A stretch of 64,000 nucleotides of DNA from a virus: positions 106,237 through 170,236 of the IMG/VR virus record IMGVR_UViG_3300020472_001862, one strand, 5' to 3'. Shown piece after piece: positions 18,127-28,477 of this stretch (position 1 is the first letter of the stretch; every line of letters begins with the position of its first letter). The notes below the pieces were generated by a model. It made no database searches. It was not told the origin of the DNA and saw nothing but the letters and a program-made list of their open reading frames with translations. The translations under genes were made by a program, and so were the position numbers.

Positions 18127-20622
18127 ATGAATTTTTATACTTATGCAAGACATTATGGAAATGACATACTTTTCCGTGGTGTAAAAGACGGTAAGCGATT
18201 TACTGCAAGGCGTGGATTCCAACCTACTCTATTTGTTAAGAGTCAAGAAAAATCTAAATACAAAAGCATTTTTGGTGAGAATGTCTCGCCTATGAAATTC
18301 CCTACAAACAAGGAGGCAACCGCCTTCTTTGACAGTTACAAAGATGTAGATAATTTTCCAATATTTGGACAAAATTATTACGCATACCAATATATCACCG
18401 AGAACTATCCTGGTGAGATTCAATGGGATGCTAATAAAATGGCAATCTATTCTATCGATATAGAAACAACATCGGAAGGTGGATTTCCAAATGTAGACTC
18501 CCCTAGTGAGAAAGTTCTAGTTATCACACTTCAAAACAACAACACCAAGAAGATAACAACTTTTGGCCTAGGGGAGTTTACTCCTACAAAAGAAACATCT
18601 CACCTAGATATTGATTATCATGGCTTTGATACAGAAGAACAGTTATTAGAAAATTTCCTCACTTGGTGGCAGGAAAACTGTCCTGATATTATTACAGGTT
18701 GGAACAGTAATTTATTTGATATGCCTTATCTTATTACAAGAGTTCAACGAGTATTAGGTGAGGATGAACATAAAAGATTCTCGCCTTTTAAGTTAATTAA
18801 CAAACGCCCTATTAGATTTGCTAATCGTGAGATGACAGCATTCGAGATTACAGGTGTAGCACAATTAGACTATTTAGATCTATATAAGAAGTTTACTTAT
18901 GTGACTCGAGAGTCATACAAACTAGACTTTATTGCAGAAACAGAACTAGGCAAAAACAAACTAGAGTCTGGTTTTGACACATTTAAAGAGTTTTATGACG
19001 GGGATTGGAATAGGTTTGTAGAATATAATATTATTGATACAGTTATTGTCGACGAACTAGAAGACAAGATGAAACTTATTGAACTTGCTATTACAATGGC
19101 CTATGACGCTAAGTGTAATTATAATGATGTATTCTCAGCTGTTAGAACCTGGGATAGTTTATTATATAATCATCTATGGGAAAAGGATATTGTTATTCAC
19201 CAGGGTGGTGGTAGAAAGGATAGACAAATAGAAGGTGCCTTTGTACAAGAACCTGTTCCTGGAAGTTATGAATGGGTAGCTAGTTTTGATGCTACAAGTC
19301 TATATCCTAGTATTCTAATGCAACACAATATGAGTCCTGAGACTATTGTTCCTGGATTTAAATATGATGTTAGTGTTGACGATCAACTGGACAGATATCA
19401 GTTGGACAAGTTAAAGGAAAAGAACTACACTATGGCAGGTAATGGTTCCTGCTATACAAGAGAAAAGAAAGGCCTGTTCCCTGAGATTGTACAAAAGTTT
19501 TTTAATGATAGATTAAAATATAAGAAGTTAATGCAGAAGGCACAGAAAGATTTCCAAGAAACAGGTGCCCTACATCACAAGAACGAGATAAGTAAATATA
19601 ATAATTTTCAGATGGCTCGTAAGATTCAATTAAACAGTTTATATGGTGCCCTGGCTAATCAGTATTTTAGATTCTATGATGATAGAATTGCAGAAGGTAT
19701 TACAATGTCAGGACAATTAGTTATCCGAGATACAGCTAAGGCCTTGGACAAGTATATGAACAAAGTATGTGGCACAGAAGATGAGATGTATTCCTTTTAT
19801 AGTGATACTGACTCTTGTTATGTTACATGTAAGAATTTGGTAGACAACTTCTTCCCTGACAAAGATGTAGATAAGGTTGTAGGTCTGTTAGATAAAATAG
19901 GCACAGAGAAAATAGAACCTGCTATTGCACAGGCAATGACAAAGTTAGGTAACTATACTAATGCCTTTGAACATAAGATAGACTTTAAGCGTGAGGTTAT
20001 CGCAGATAAAGGTGTGTTTGTAGCTAAGAAAAGATATGCCTTAAATGTATTAGATGATGAAGGACTAAGACTAAAAGATCCTAAACTAAAGGTTATGGGT
20101 TTAGAAATTGTAAGGTCCTCGACTCCTGCTCCTATTCGAGATAGTTTGAAAGAGGCAGTTCGTCTTATTCTTACAAGTGATGAAGAACATCTACAGAAAT
20201 ATATTGCTGAGGCACAAAAACATTTTAATACATTAACAGCAGAAGATATTGCTTTCCCTCGAGGATGTAATAATCTTAAGAAATACACATCTACAGCAGA
20301 TGTATATCAGAAAGGCACACCTATACATGTTCGTGGCTCTTTACTGTATAATAAGCTCTTAAAAGACAAAAGTTTGAACCTTAAGTATGAGAATATACAA
20401 GAAGGTGACAAGATTAAGTTCCTTTATTTGAAGGAGCCTAATAGTTTACATGAGAATACGATTGCCTTTGTAACTAAACTTCCTAAGGAGTTTGAGATAA
20501 CAAAGTATGTAGACTATGATTTAATATTTCAGAAAGCATTTATTGATCCTTTAGAAAACATTCTAAAACCTATAGGCTGGAATACAGAACCACAAGCAAC
20601 ATTGGAGGACTTGTTTAGATGA
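18127..20622 (+). CDS. gp43: Family B DNA polymerase gp43
   Basis: DIET exonuclease, SFDATSLYPS, KIQLNSLYG, YSDTDS, KKRY. Confidence 0.98.
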   Translation: MNFYTYARHYGNDILFRGVKDGKRFTARRGFQPTLFVKSQEKSKYKSIFGENVSPMKFPTNKEATAFFDSYKDVDNFPIFGQNYYAYQYITENYPGEIQWDANKMAIYSIDIETTSEGGFPNVDSPSEKVLVITLQNNNTKKITTFGLGEFTPTKETSHLDIDYHGFDTEEQLLENFLTWWQENCPDIITGWNSNLFDMPYLITRVQRVLGEDEHKRFSPFKLINKRPIRFANREMTAFEITGVAQLDYLDLYKKFTYVTRESYKLDFIAETELGKNKLESGFDTFKEFYDGDWNRFVEYNIIDTVIVDELEDKMKLIELAITMAYDAKCNYNDVFSAVRTWDSLLYNHLWEKDIVIHQGGGRKDRQIEGAFVQEPVPGSYEWVASFDATSLYPSILMQHNMSPETIVPGFKYDVSVDDQLDRYQLDKLKEKNYTMAGNGSCYTREKKGLFPEIVQKFFNDRLKYKKLMQKAQKDFQETGALHHKNEISKYNNFQMARKIQLNSLYGALANQYFRFYDDRIAEGITMSGQLVIRDTAKALDKYMNKVCGTEDEMYSFYSDTDSCYVTCKNLVDNFFPDKDVDKVVGLLDKIGTEKIEPAIAQAMTKLGNYTNAFEHKIDFKREVIADKGVFVAKKRYALNVLDDEGLRLKDPKLKVMGLEIVRSSTPAPIRDSLKEAVRLILTSDEEHLQKYIAEAQKHFNTLTAEDIAFPRGCNNLKKYTSTADVYQKGTPIHVRGSLLYNKLLKDKSLNLKYENIQEGDKIKFLYLKEPNSLHENTIAFVTKLPKEFEITKYVDYDLIFQKAFIDPLENILKPIGWNTEPQATLEDLFR

Positions 20623-21197
20623 TTAAAAGTTTTTGGCCTAATGAGTGGCCGTTTGAACAAATTGTAAGTCAGTTACCTGATAAAGGTAATCTAATTGAAA
20701 TAGGAACTTATTTAGGTAAATCTGCTATAGCATGGGCTGATGAGTTTAACAAAGCAGATAAAGATTGGAATATTCATACTATTGATTCCTTTAGTGGTAT
20801 TCCTAATGTTTGGAGTGAAGACAATCCTAACATAGAATTTTTCAAGAGCTTAGTAATAAGTGGAGAGGAACAATTAAAACAGTTTAAGGAAAATATAGAA
20901 GGTAAAGATAACATTACATGGGAAAAAATATTTTGGACACCAGATTACAAAACAGATGAATGGTATGATGTTTTATTTTATGATGGCGCTCACGGATATG
21001 GAAACTGTAAACAAGCATTAGAATATTGGGTAGACAGAACAGAATGTATGGTTATAGATGATTACGAAGCAATGTTTCCAGGTACAATGAAGGCAGTAGA
21101 TGAAGTATATGCTTCTATGAGAGATCCTAAAGAGTTTGAACAAATTTGTGTTGAAGGAAAACAAATAGCAGTAATTTGGAGTATAAAAATACCATGA
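20619..21197 (+). CDS. Class I SAM-dependent methyltransferase (Methyltransf_24-like)
   Basis: IEIGTYLGKS, IDSF, YDGAH, IDDY. Confidence 0.8.
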   Translation: MIKSFWPNEWPFEQIVSQLPDKGNLIEIGTYLGKSAIAWADEFNKADKDWNIHTIDSFSGIPNVWSEDNPNIEFFKSLVISGEEQLKQFKENIEGKDNITWEKIFWTPDYKTDEWYDVLFYDGAHGYGNCKQALEYWVDRTECMVIDDYEAMFPGTMKAVDEVYASMRDPKEFEQICVEGKQIAVIWSIKIP

Positions 21198-21364
21198 AAA
21201 ATAAAGACGAAAGAGATAGCCACTTCATATATAGCATATGGAAAAGTGGTTTTAGAGTAGGCGGTTGTGTGATACCATTTGTATTCATGGAACCATGGGC
21301 ATGGCAAGTATTTTTAGGAGCATTTTTTGTTGCTGAAATACTAGGAATTATTGAGGAGATATAA
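21194..21364 (+). CDS. Small membrane protein
   Basis: Hydrophobic segments; HF..S..KS..R...AEILGIIEE. Confidence 0.6.
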   Translation: MKNKDERDSHFIYSIWKSGFRVGGCVIPFVFMEPWAWQVFLGAFFVAEILGIIEEI

Positions 21365-21552
21365 TGGGAACAAGAGCGTGGTATAAAAAAGGCATAAATG
21401 CTAGAAGGGAGGGTGCTTTAGAAAGACTTAGAGCATCTAAATTTACACCAAAAATTGTAAAAGGAAAAGAACGCAATGAAAAGAACTGGACAAAGAAGAA
21501 AGAGGAACAAATTGAAACTCTTGAATCCAGAATTAGAGGGACACAAAGTTAA
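21364..21552 (+). CDS. Small basic hypothetical protein
   Basis: TAATG coupling, GAGG SD. Confidence 0.55.
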   Translation: MGTRAWYKKGINARREGALERLRASKFTPKIVKGKERNEKNWTKKKEEQIETLESRIRGTQS

Positions 21553-21600
21553 GTTTCAATATAAGAAACTTTTAGATCAACAAAAAGAGATCGACGAACA

Positions 21601-22362
21601 ATGGAAACGAATACAAAAATTGCAATTATCGGATACGGATTTGTAGGTAAAGCTACAGAATATTTTCTAAAGGAAAAATTTGAAGAACCTTTAGATGTTT
21701 TTATTCACGATCCTGACTTAGGTTACAATGTAAGTAATTGGGCAGAAATAGATTACGCATTTATTTGTGTTCCAACTAACCTAAAGAACGGAACTTTAGA
21801 CACTTCTATTATAGATAATATACTATCAGAACTTTACATAGGAGTACAACCTATTATTAGGAGTACAATAGGTCCTGATCAAGCTATTCAATATGCTAAT
21901 AGAGGATTAATTATAATGCCAGAATTCTTGAGAGAGAAACATTGGAAAGAAGATGTTGATAATGAACATATCGATCTTTTAATTGGTTGTTATAATTGTG
22001 ATCCTTTTGTTGATCTAATGTCCCGAGGTAATAAATTTGTAAAACTAGTTACACCGGTACAGGCAAGTGCAATAAAAATGTTTAGGAATGCTGCACTGGC
22101 AGTTAAAGTAGGATTAGCAAATGACTTCAAAGCAATCTGTGATATTTATGATACTGACTATAAAGTTATACAGGATTTCTTAGAAGAGGATGCTAATTTA
22201 GGAGGAACACATTGGGCTGTTCCTGGTCCTGATGGACAAGAAGGTTTTGGTGGAACTTGTTTACCAAAAGATTTGACACATGCTTCTTCCCTGTGCTACA
22301 ATACAAATAATATAATGAATACGGCCTTGGAGGCTAATAAAAGTAGGAGAAAAGATGGGTAA
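21601..22362 (+). CDS. UDP-glucose/GDP-mannose dehydrogenase family protein (short form)
   Basis: GYGFVG, ICVPT, RST, PEFLRE, GFGGTCLPKD. Confidence 0.85.
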   Translation: METNTKIAIIGYGFVGKATEYFLKEKFEEPLDVFIHDPDLGYNVSNWAEIDYAFICVPTNLKNGTLDTSIIDNILSELYIGVQPIIRSTIGPDQAIQYANRGLIIMPEFLREKHWKEDVDNEHIDLLIGCYNCDPFVDLMSRGNKFVKLVTPVQASAIKMFRNAALAVKVGLANDFKAICDIYDTDYKVIQDFLEEDANLGGTHWAVPGPDGQEGFGGTCLPKDLTHASSLCYNTNNIMNTALEANKSRRKDG

Positions 22363-23425
22363 TCTATTAGAAAAATTACAAAAGAATTCCACTATTAGAG
22401 AAACAGAAATATTGACTGACTCTAAGTTTTTTAATGACAAAGACTTGATTCAGACATCTGTTCCAGCAGTTAATGTTGCTCTAAGTGGAAAATTAGATGG
22501 TGGACTTACACCAGGACTTACAGTATTTGCAGGTCCTAGTAAACACTTTAAAACAGCATTTGCTATGTTGCTAATTAAAGCACACCAGGAGAAATATCCA
22601 GAAGGTGTTGTTTTATTTTATGATAGTGAGTTTGGTGCACCTAAGTCTTATTTTGAGACATTTGATATTGATACTAGCAAGGTAATACATACACCTATTG
22701 CAGATATTGAACAACTTAAACATGATATAATGCAACAGTTAAATGGTGTTGAACGAGGTGATAATATTATGATTGTTGTAGACTCTGTTGGTAACTTAGC
22801 TTCTAAGAAAGAAGTAGAAGATGCCTTAGAAGGTAAAAGTGTAGCAGATATGACAAGGGCTAAACAAATGAAGTCCTTATTTAGAATGGTTACACCTCAT
22901 TTAACAATTAAAGATATTCCTGCTATTGTTGTTAACCACACATATAAAGAAATAGGATTGTTTCCTAAAGATGTGGTTAGTGGTGGTACAGGTATTTACT
23001 ATTCTGCAGATAATATTTTTATTATTGGTAGGCGACAACAAAAGACAGGAACAGAAGTTACAGGTTATGAATTTGTAATTAATGTTGAGAAGTCTAGGTT
23101 TGTTAGAGAGAAGTCTAAGATTCCTGTAGAAGTTACATGGGAGAATGGTATTAGTAAGTGGTCTGGTTTGTTAGACATGGGACTTGCTTCTGGACATGTA
23201 ATTAAACCTAGTAACGGCTGGTATCAGAGAGTTGATATGGACACAGGTGAAGCTGTAGATCCTAAAGTAAGGGCTAAGGACTTAGCTAAAGACTTTTGGC
23301 TCCCAATACTTTCAGATCCTAGATTTGGTGAATGGGTTAAGAAACAGTATACAATCGGCTCTGTTGAAATGATGGCAGAAGAAATTAGTGATGAAGATAT
23401 TCAAGAAGAATACGATAAAGTGTGA
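22355..23425 (+). CDS. uvsX: RecA-like recombinase UvsX
   Basis: AGPSKHFKT, FYDSEFG, DSVGNLAS, VNHTY, KSRFVREK. Confidence 0.97.
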   Translation: MGNLLEKLQKNSTIRETEILTDSKFFNDKDLIQTSVPAVNVALSGKLDGGLTPGLTVFAGPSKHFKTAFAMLLIKAHQEKYPEGVVLFYDSEFGAPKSYFETFDIDTSKVIHTPIADIEQLKHDIMQQLNGVERGDNIMIVVDSVGNLASKKEVEDALEGKSVADMTRAKQMKSLFRMVTPHLTIKDIPAIVVNHTYKEIGLFPKDVVSGGTGIYYSADNIFIIGRRQQKTGTEVTGYEFVINVEKSRFVREKSKIPVEVTWENGISKWSGLLDMGLASGHVIKPSNGWYQRVDMDTGEAVDPKVRAKDLAKDFWLPILSDPRFGEWVKKQYTIGSVEMMAEEISDEDIQEEYDKV

Positions 23426-23555
23426 TAGGTGTGAAAAACCTATAGACAAAAAAGATAAAGCATATTGTTTTCATAATGACGATGAGGAGATTTATATTTG
23501 TGCTCCTTGTGTCGTCGAAGTGTATAATGATTATAAGCATGAGGTAAAGAAATAG
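23391..23555 (+). CDS. 54-aa C4 zinc-finger protein (ClpX N-domain-like)
   Basis: MKIFKKNTIKCDRCEKP...EIYICAPCVVEVY; fills the uvsX-gp41 gap; not in the ORF track. Confidence 0.6.
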   Translation: MKIFKKNTIKCDRCEKPIDKKDKAYCFHNDDEEIYICAPCVVEVYNDYKHEVKK

Positions 23556-24929
23556 ATGTACAATCTTGAAATTATTATTTTAACAAATTTGACTAAAGAT
23601 GAAAACTTTACTAGAAAAGTTCTACCCTTTATTAGAGCAGATTATTTTGAAGACCAAGACAATGTTTTTGTATTCTTGGCGATTAAAGATTATATAGAAA
23701 AATACAATAAAACTCCTACACAAGAATCTTTACATATAGCAGCTCTAAATTCTAACGCTACACCTTCAGAAATAAAACAAGTAGATCTTATAATGGAAGG
23801 TTATAAAGATGATGATAAAGTAAATATAGAATGGCTCATTGATGAAACAGAAAAATGGTGTAAAGATAGGGCTGTTTATAATGCTATTATGGAGTCTATA
23901 CAAATTATTGATGGTAAAACTCCAGATATAAGTGCTGATGCTTTACCTGATTTGTTGACTAAAGCATTACAAGTAGGATTTGATACTAATGTAGGACACG
24001 ACTTTATAGAAGATGCCGACAAGCGTTTTGATTTTTATAATAGAGTAGAAAACAAAGTTCCTTTTGATCTCGAAATGTTTAATAAGATTACAGAAGGAGG
24101 ACTATCTAATAAGACTCTTAACATAGCATTAGCAGGCACAGGTGTTGGTAAATCCCTGTTTATGTGTCATATGGCGTCAGCAGCTATTGCTAATGGACAT
24201 AATGTACTCTATATTACAATGGAAATGGCAGAAGAAAGAATAGCAGAAAGAATAGATGCTAACCTAATGAATATTCCTATAATGGATTTGAAAGAAATGT
24301 CTAAGCCTATGTTCCAAGATAGAATAGGATTATTAAAAGATAAATTTGAAGGTAGATTAATTGTAAAAGAATATCCTACAGCATCTGCACATGCAGGACA
24401 CTTTAAGGCTTTACTTAATGAACTTAAACTAAAAAGAAATTTCCATCCTAATATTATTTTTATTGACTATTTGAATATATGTTCTAGTAGTAGATTTAGG
24501 CCTGGTAGTAGTGCTAACTCTTATACAATTATTAAAAGTATTGCAGAAGAACTTAGAGGGTTAGCAGTAGAACAAGATGTTCCTATTGTTAGTGCTACAC
24601 AAACAACAAGAGGAGGTTATGGAAACAGTGATGTTGACTTAACAGATACCTCAGAAAGTTTTGGACTCCCGGCAACAGCAGACTTAATGTTTGCAATTAT
24701 AAGTACAGAGGAGTTAGAACAACTAGGACAATTTATGATTAAACAGTTGAAAAACAGATACGCTGATCCTACAAGAAATAAAAGATTTATGATAGGTGTT
24801 GATCGTTCTAAGATGAAATTATATGATTTGGAAGATTCAGCACAACAGGCTATAACAGACTCGAACATTGATGTTCCAGTATTTGACAGAGGACAATCGG
24901 AGACTCGATATGACGACCTTAAGTTTTAA
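23556..24929 (+). CDS. gp41: Replicative helicase gp41 (DnaB-like)
   Basis: AGTGVGKSL, IDYLNI, SATQT, SESFGLPATAD, QLKNRY. Confidence 0.97.
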   Translation: MYNLEIIILTNLTKDENFTRKVLPFIRADYFEDQDNVFVFLAIKDYIEKYNKTPTQESLHIAALNSNATPSEIKQVDLIMEGYKDDDKVNIEWLIDETEKWCKDRAVYNAIMESIQIIDGKTPDISADALPDLLTKALQVGFDTNVGHDFIEDADKRFDFYNRVENKVPFDLEMFNKITEGGLSNKTLNIALAGTGVGKSLFMCHMASAAIANGHNVLYITMEMAEERIAERIDANLMNIPIMDLKEMSKPMFQDRIGLLKDKFEGRLIVKEYPTASAHAGHFKALLNELKLKRNFHPNIIFIDYLNICSSSRFRPGSSANSYTIIKSIAEELRGLAVEQDVPIVSATQTTRGGYGNSDVDLTDTSESFGLPATADLMFAIISTEELEQLGQFMIKQLKNRYADPTRNKRFMIGVDRSKMKLYDLEDSAQQAITDSNIDVPVFDRGQSETRYDDLKF

Positions 24930-25659
24930 TGATATAGAATTTGATGTAATAGACAATGTCTTAGCAAAAAGATATTCTAAGTTCCTAATGGAAAACATAA
25001 ACCAAAGTAAAGAGTTTTATTTCATGGGAGATAAATTGGATGAGATTCTATCTGAAATAGATAAAATTGTTTACATGTATGGCAAAGAGCCTACAAGAGA
25101 CATGAATAAATTACATGATTATTTCGCAGATCATGAAGACGAACCTGAAATGAGTAGGCTGAATAATCTTATTCATTATTATGAATTGTGTATAAACAAT
25201 TTTCCTCCTCGATGGGGATATATGGTAGGCGATGCAACGATGGAATTGTTTCCTGCAGACTATGAACACTTTACACTATTAAGACAACCAGGCAGTCTTT
25301 ATGTGAATTATCCTCATGTAGGAAAACACTTTGCTGAGATTGCTTATTCTAGAGATTATAGTATTCAAGAACATCAATATATACCTCAAGATATATGTAG
25401 GCCAAGTTTCCATATATGGTTAGGAGATGAAATAACTGTTGAAATGTTGAATATTAATATAAATTTATTGATTGATATTGCTCACGGAAAGCTACAAGAT
25501 AGGCTAAATTTGCCTGATATTGACGATCCTGCTATGAGAATAGGGTATATTCCATTTGCCACACTTAAAGATGATATAAATATAAATGAACTTACAAATC
25601 ATCTTTTGAAGTGTAAGAGTAAATGTAAAAATCAATGGGAGTTATTTACAAATGGCTGA
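24910..25659 (+). CDS. Hypothetical protein
   Basis: Long ORF with LNNLIH..E and LYVNYPHVGK motifs. Confidence 0.6.
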   Translation: MTTLSFNDIEFDVIDNVLAKRYSKFLMENINQSKEFYFMGDKLDEILSEIDKIVYMYGKEPTRDMNKLHDYFADHEDEPEMSRLNNLIHYYELCINNFPPRWGYMVGDATMELFPADYEHFTLLRQPGSLYVNYPHVGKHFAEIAYSRDYSIQEHQYIPQDICRPSFHIWLGDEITVEMLNININLLIDIAHGKLQDRLNLPDIDDPAMRIGYIPFATLKDDININELTNHLLKCKSKCKNQWELFTNG

Positions 25660-26002
25660 CAGTAAATCAGAAGTAAATATTAGTTTAGAAGAATATGAAG
25701 CACTAAAGGCAGCAGCAGCGCCAGCCGAAGAGGAAGCACCATCTGGGAAACCTTGGTGGAGTGCACCTGACGATAGAGGTTGGATTTGGATTGCACCTGA
25801 ATATTTTAGTAGATGGAGATTATTTCCTCGTGCGTTTATTAGCATGTACATATATTTGTTATATGAAGTAACAAACTGGTTCATGGCTTTACCTTCACCA
25901 GGAGCTGAACAAGCAGGTCTTGTTAGTGTAGTGGTTGGAGCTGGAGCAGCTTGGTTTGGCTTGTATGTAAACAGTACTTCAACAGGACAGAGTAAAGAGT
26001 AA
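25652..26002 (+). CDS. Two-TM membrane protein
   Basis: WRLFPRAFI...EQAGLVSVVVGAGAAWFGLY. Confidence 0.65.
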   Translation: MADSKSEVNISLEEYEALKAAAAPAEEEAPSGKPWWSAPDDRGWIWIAPEYFSRWRLFPRAFISMYIYLLYEVTNWFMALPSPGAEQAGLVSVVVGAGAAWFGLYVNSTSTGQSKE

Positions 26003-26415
26003 TGCCTGAGGTAGTTTTATCAGATTTCTATATTGAGTTTATAGGGTTTTTACTCACCCTTATGATAGGCCTTGCTATTAGAGACGCAGCTACATCTTTT
26101 GTTAAAGGTGCTAAGTTTAGATTTAACCCCGCCTTCCAGGAAGGTGATAAAGTTATACTAGATGGGCAACATGCCTTGATAGTTAAAATTGGAATGAGTG
26201 AAACAGTTTTTGGAATATATGGAGATGATGGTTATACATGGAGGTATGTTCCAAATGCTAGAATAGAGTTTTTGAAGTTAGAGAAAATTGTTGATCCTGA
26301 GTTACATCGGGACACAGCACAAGAGAAGGCACAAAAATTAGTTGACGCTATGCAAGATGCCAAAATTAAAACTAACGGAGAGGAAATTAATAAGTTAAAA
26401 AATGGAGAAAAGTGA
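26002..26415 (+). CDS. Membrane protein with MscS-like beta domain
   Basis: TM helix then FQEGDKVILDG...VKIG...VPN. Confidence 0.55.
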   Translation: MPEVVLSDFYIEFIGFLLTLMIGLAIRDAATSFVKGAKFRFNPAFQEGDKVILDGQHALIVKIGMSETVFGIYGDDGYTWRYVPNARIEFLKLEKIVDPELHRDTAQEKAQKLVDAMQDAKIKTNGEEINKLKNGEK

Positions 26416-26648
26416 TGCCCCCAAAATTCAAAAAGAGCCACAAGGAATATATTAAAGGTCCAGACGGCAGATCAACAAAAAGAACTAGAATGAAGCACTA
26501 TTATGTAGGGCAAACTTCAACTCAAGATTTAATAGATGCCATAAATAAAGGCAAACCAAAACATCGTAATAAATTTATAAATGAATTAACAAGGCGAGGA
26601 GTGAAATTAGTATGGAAGACGAAAGACGAGATAGCAACGGAACAATAG
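26412..26648 (+). CDS. Small basic hypothetical protein
   Basis: Overlapping start, GGAG SD. Confidence 0.6.
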   Translation: MMPPKFKKSHKEYIKGPDGRSTKRTRMKHYYVGQTSTQDLIDAINKGKPKHRNKFINELTRRGVKLVWKTKDEIATEQ

Positions 26649-27190
26649 GCGAAGGGCAAAAACCTGGAGCTTTAAAAATATATGATGGTGCATTAAGTGA
26701 AGACTTTTCCGATGATCTAATTGAAATATTCAACACAAACGAAAAAGCACATACAAGAAATCAAAACGATACTCTCAATTTCCTAGAGTATAATTATACT
26801 ACAAATCACAAAGATGAAGATGTGCATAAAAGGCTCATGGAACATACAGGGCAACTCTACAAACATTACCTTGAAGATTTAGGCACAACTAATATGATTA
26901 AAGCATCAGGCTTTGAGGAAATTAAAATACACAAATATGAACAAGGCGTAGGATTCCACGATTTACATATAGATGCAGTAGATTATGAAAGTGCTATTCG
27001 AGCAGTGGCTTTTACCTGGTTTCTTAATGAAACTGATGGCAATATAGATTATCCATTACAACGCATAGGTATCGAGGCCCGTAAAGGTAGGGTAATTATT
27101 ACCCCTGTATCGTGGGAATACGCTTCAAATAACCATATTTCCAAGGAATCTGACAAATATATTTTACAAACTTATCTACATTTAGCCTAA
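26612..27190 (+). CDS. 2OG-Fe(II) oxygenase-like protein
   Basis: HID, R.VAF.WFLN, KYILQTY. Confidence 0.75.
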   Translation: MEDERRDSNGTIGEGQKPGALKIYDGALSEDFSDDLIEIFNTNEKAHTRNQNDTLNFLEYNYTTNHKDEDVHKRLMEHTGQLYKHYLEDLGTTNMIKASGFEEIKIHKYEQGVGFHDLHIDAVDYESAIRAVAFTWFLNETDGNIDYPLQRIGIEARKGRVIITPVSWEYASNNHISKESDKYILQTYLHLA

Positions 27191-27238
27191 GTTACTGATA
27201 TAACAGACAAAAAGATTCAAAAGATTTACAGAAAAAGG

Positions 27239-27267
27239 TTGACATCTGGTCCTTTAGAGTGCATAAT
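27239..27267 (+). promoter_or_regulatory. Early promoter
   Basis: TTGACA-N17-CATAAT, upstream A-tracts, GTGAGGA SD downstream. Confidence 0.85.
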
Positions 27268-27297
27268 AGTACTATAAACTAAAAAAGTGAGGAAAAT

Positions 27298-27660
27298 ATG
27301 TTAATAGTTGAAACCAAAACAAAAATCGAAATTAATGAAGTATGTGAATTATCACAAGATTCTTATTACACTAGAAATCCTGAAGATTCAGCAGTTACTG
27401 GTGATATTGGACCTAACAGTCCAGAGTCAATTTTTGTTAAATCCGTTGAAATTATCAAATATGAAGATAAAGCAGATGGAGATGTTTGGTACCATGCTAA
27501 AGTAGAACATGATGGTATTTGGGAAATCTACACAGATACAGCAGTAGGCCCATTTATTGATCTAAAACTACAAAATGCAGGTCACAACTTTACACATGTA
27601 GATTTTTCAGAACAAGGTATGCAACAAAACGGTGTAGCAGACCTTGATTTAGTAGCTTAA
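27298..27660 (+). CDS. Early hypothetical protein
   Basis: SD; IYTD...FSEQGMQ motif. Confidence 0.7.
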   Translation: MLIVETKTKIEINEVCELSQDSYYTRNPEDSAVTGDIGPNSPESIFVKSVEIIKYEDKADGDVWYHAKVEHDGIWEIYTDTAVGPFIDLKLQNAGHNFTHVDFSEQGMQQNGVADLDLVA

Positions 27661-27678
27661 TTAGTTTAGGAGAACTTT

Positions 27679-28065
27679 ATGAGAACTTGGGAAGAATTAT
27701 CAGAAAAAGAACAGTTACTGACTTATATCAGTGATGTTCATAAGGATGCTAGAGGTTTTAGGCCTCGTGGTATGTACAACGATTATTCGGTTCCAGAACT
27801 CAAGAAGGTTCTTGACGATCTTTCTGAGGAGGCTCATCAAGAGGCTCTTCGTATAGAGAGAATGGAAACTGAGAACTGGAAGGAGCTTAAGAAGCACCTT
27901 TCAGGTCTTGTGGATATGGGCGCTAAAAATTTCAAGCAAGCTCTTTCTTGGGATATTCAAGCCGAGGATTGTGAACATGAAGGCTGGACAGATTATGGCT
28001 TTTATTGTTACAAAAAAGGTATTGCGTATCGTAAGGAAAGGGTGCTAACTAGATTAGCAGCTTGA
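27679..28065 (+). CDS. Early hypothetical protein
   Basis: AGGAG SD; ISDVHKDARGFRPR motif. Confidence 0.7.
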   Translation: MRTWEELSEKEQLLTYISDVHKDARGFRPRGMYNDYSVPELKKVLDDLSEEAHQEALRIERMETENWKELKKHLSGLVDMGAKNFKQALSWDIQAEDCEHEGWTDYGFYCYKKGIAYRKERVLTRLAA

Positions 28066-28071
28066 TGCTTT

Positions 28072-28115
28072 TGGTCCTATTAGTGGTTGACATTTGCATT
28101 GAAAGAGTGCATAAT
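28072..28115 (+). promoter_or_regulatory. Promoter with upstream TGGTCCTA box
   Basis: TGGTCCTA 28072, TTGACA 28087, CATAAT 28110. Confidence 0.8.
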
Positions 28116-28149
28116 GTTACTTATAAATTAGAAATGGAGAAACGCTGTT

Positions 28150-28476
28150 ATGACAGATCAACTATTTAAGTATGCAGGCTATTCAGTTACAGAGTCAGGC
28201 CAAACTAAGGCTAGGTTCGGTAATGATATGGTTTCACGCATAAAGAAACTTACGGCTAAGGGTAACCAAGATACTTGGTTCGCTGAATTGCCGCAAGCCA
28301 TGACCAAGAAGGAAGCATCTAATTTCTTACTTGAGAGGGAGGAGATTAAATCCAACTTTGATGTAAGAGATGCTTTACAAAAGGTCGTGTATCGTAATGT
28401 ACCTAAGGGAACAACTCGTGTTGTGAACGAGGGTGCTGTTTCAACTGGCAATGATGCCAACAATATGGAGAGCTAA
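28150..28476 (+). CDS. Hypothetical protein
   Basis: SD; AGYS..KARFGND..RIK..ELP..MTK. Confidence 0.7.
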   Translation: MTDQLFKYAGYSVTESGQTKARFGNDMVSRIKKLTAKGNQDTWFAELPQAMTKKEASNFLLEREEIKSNFDVRDALQKVVYRNVPKGTTRVVNEGAVSTGNDANNMES

Positions 28477-28477
28477 T

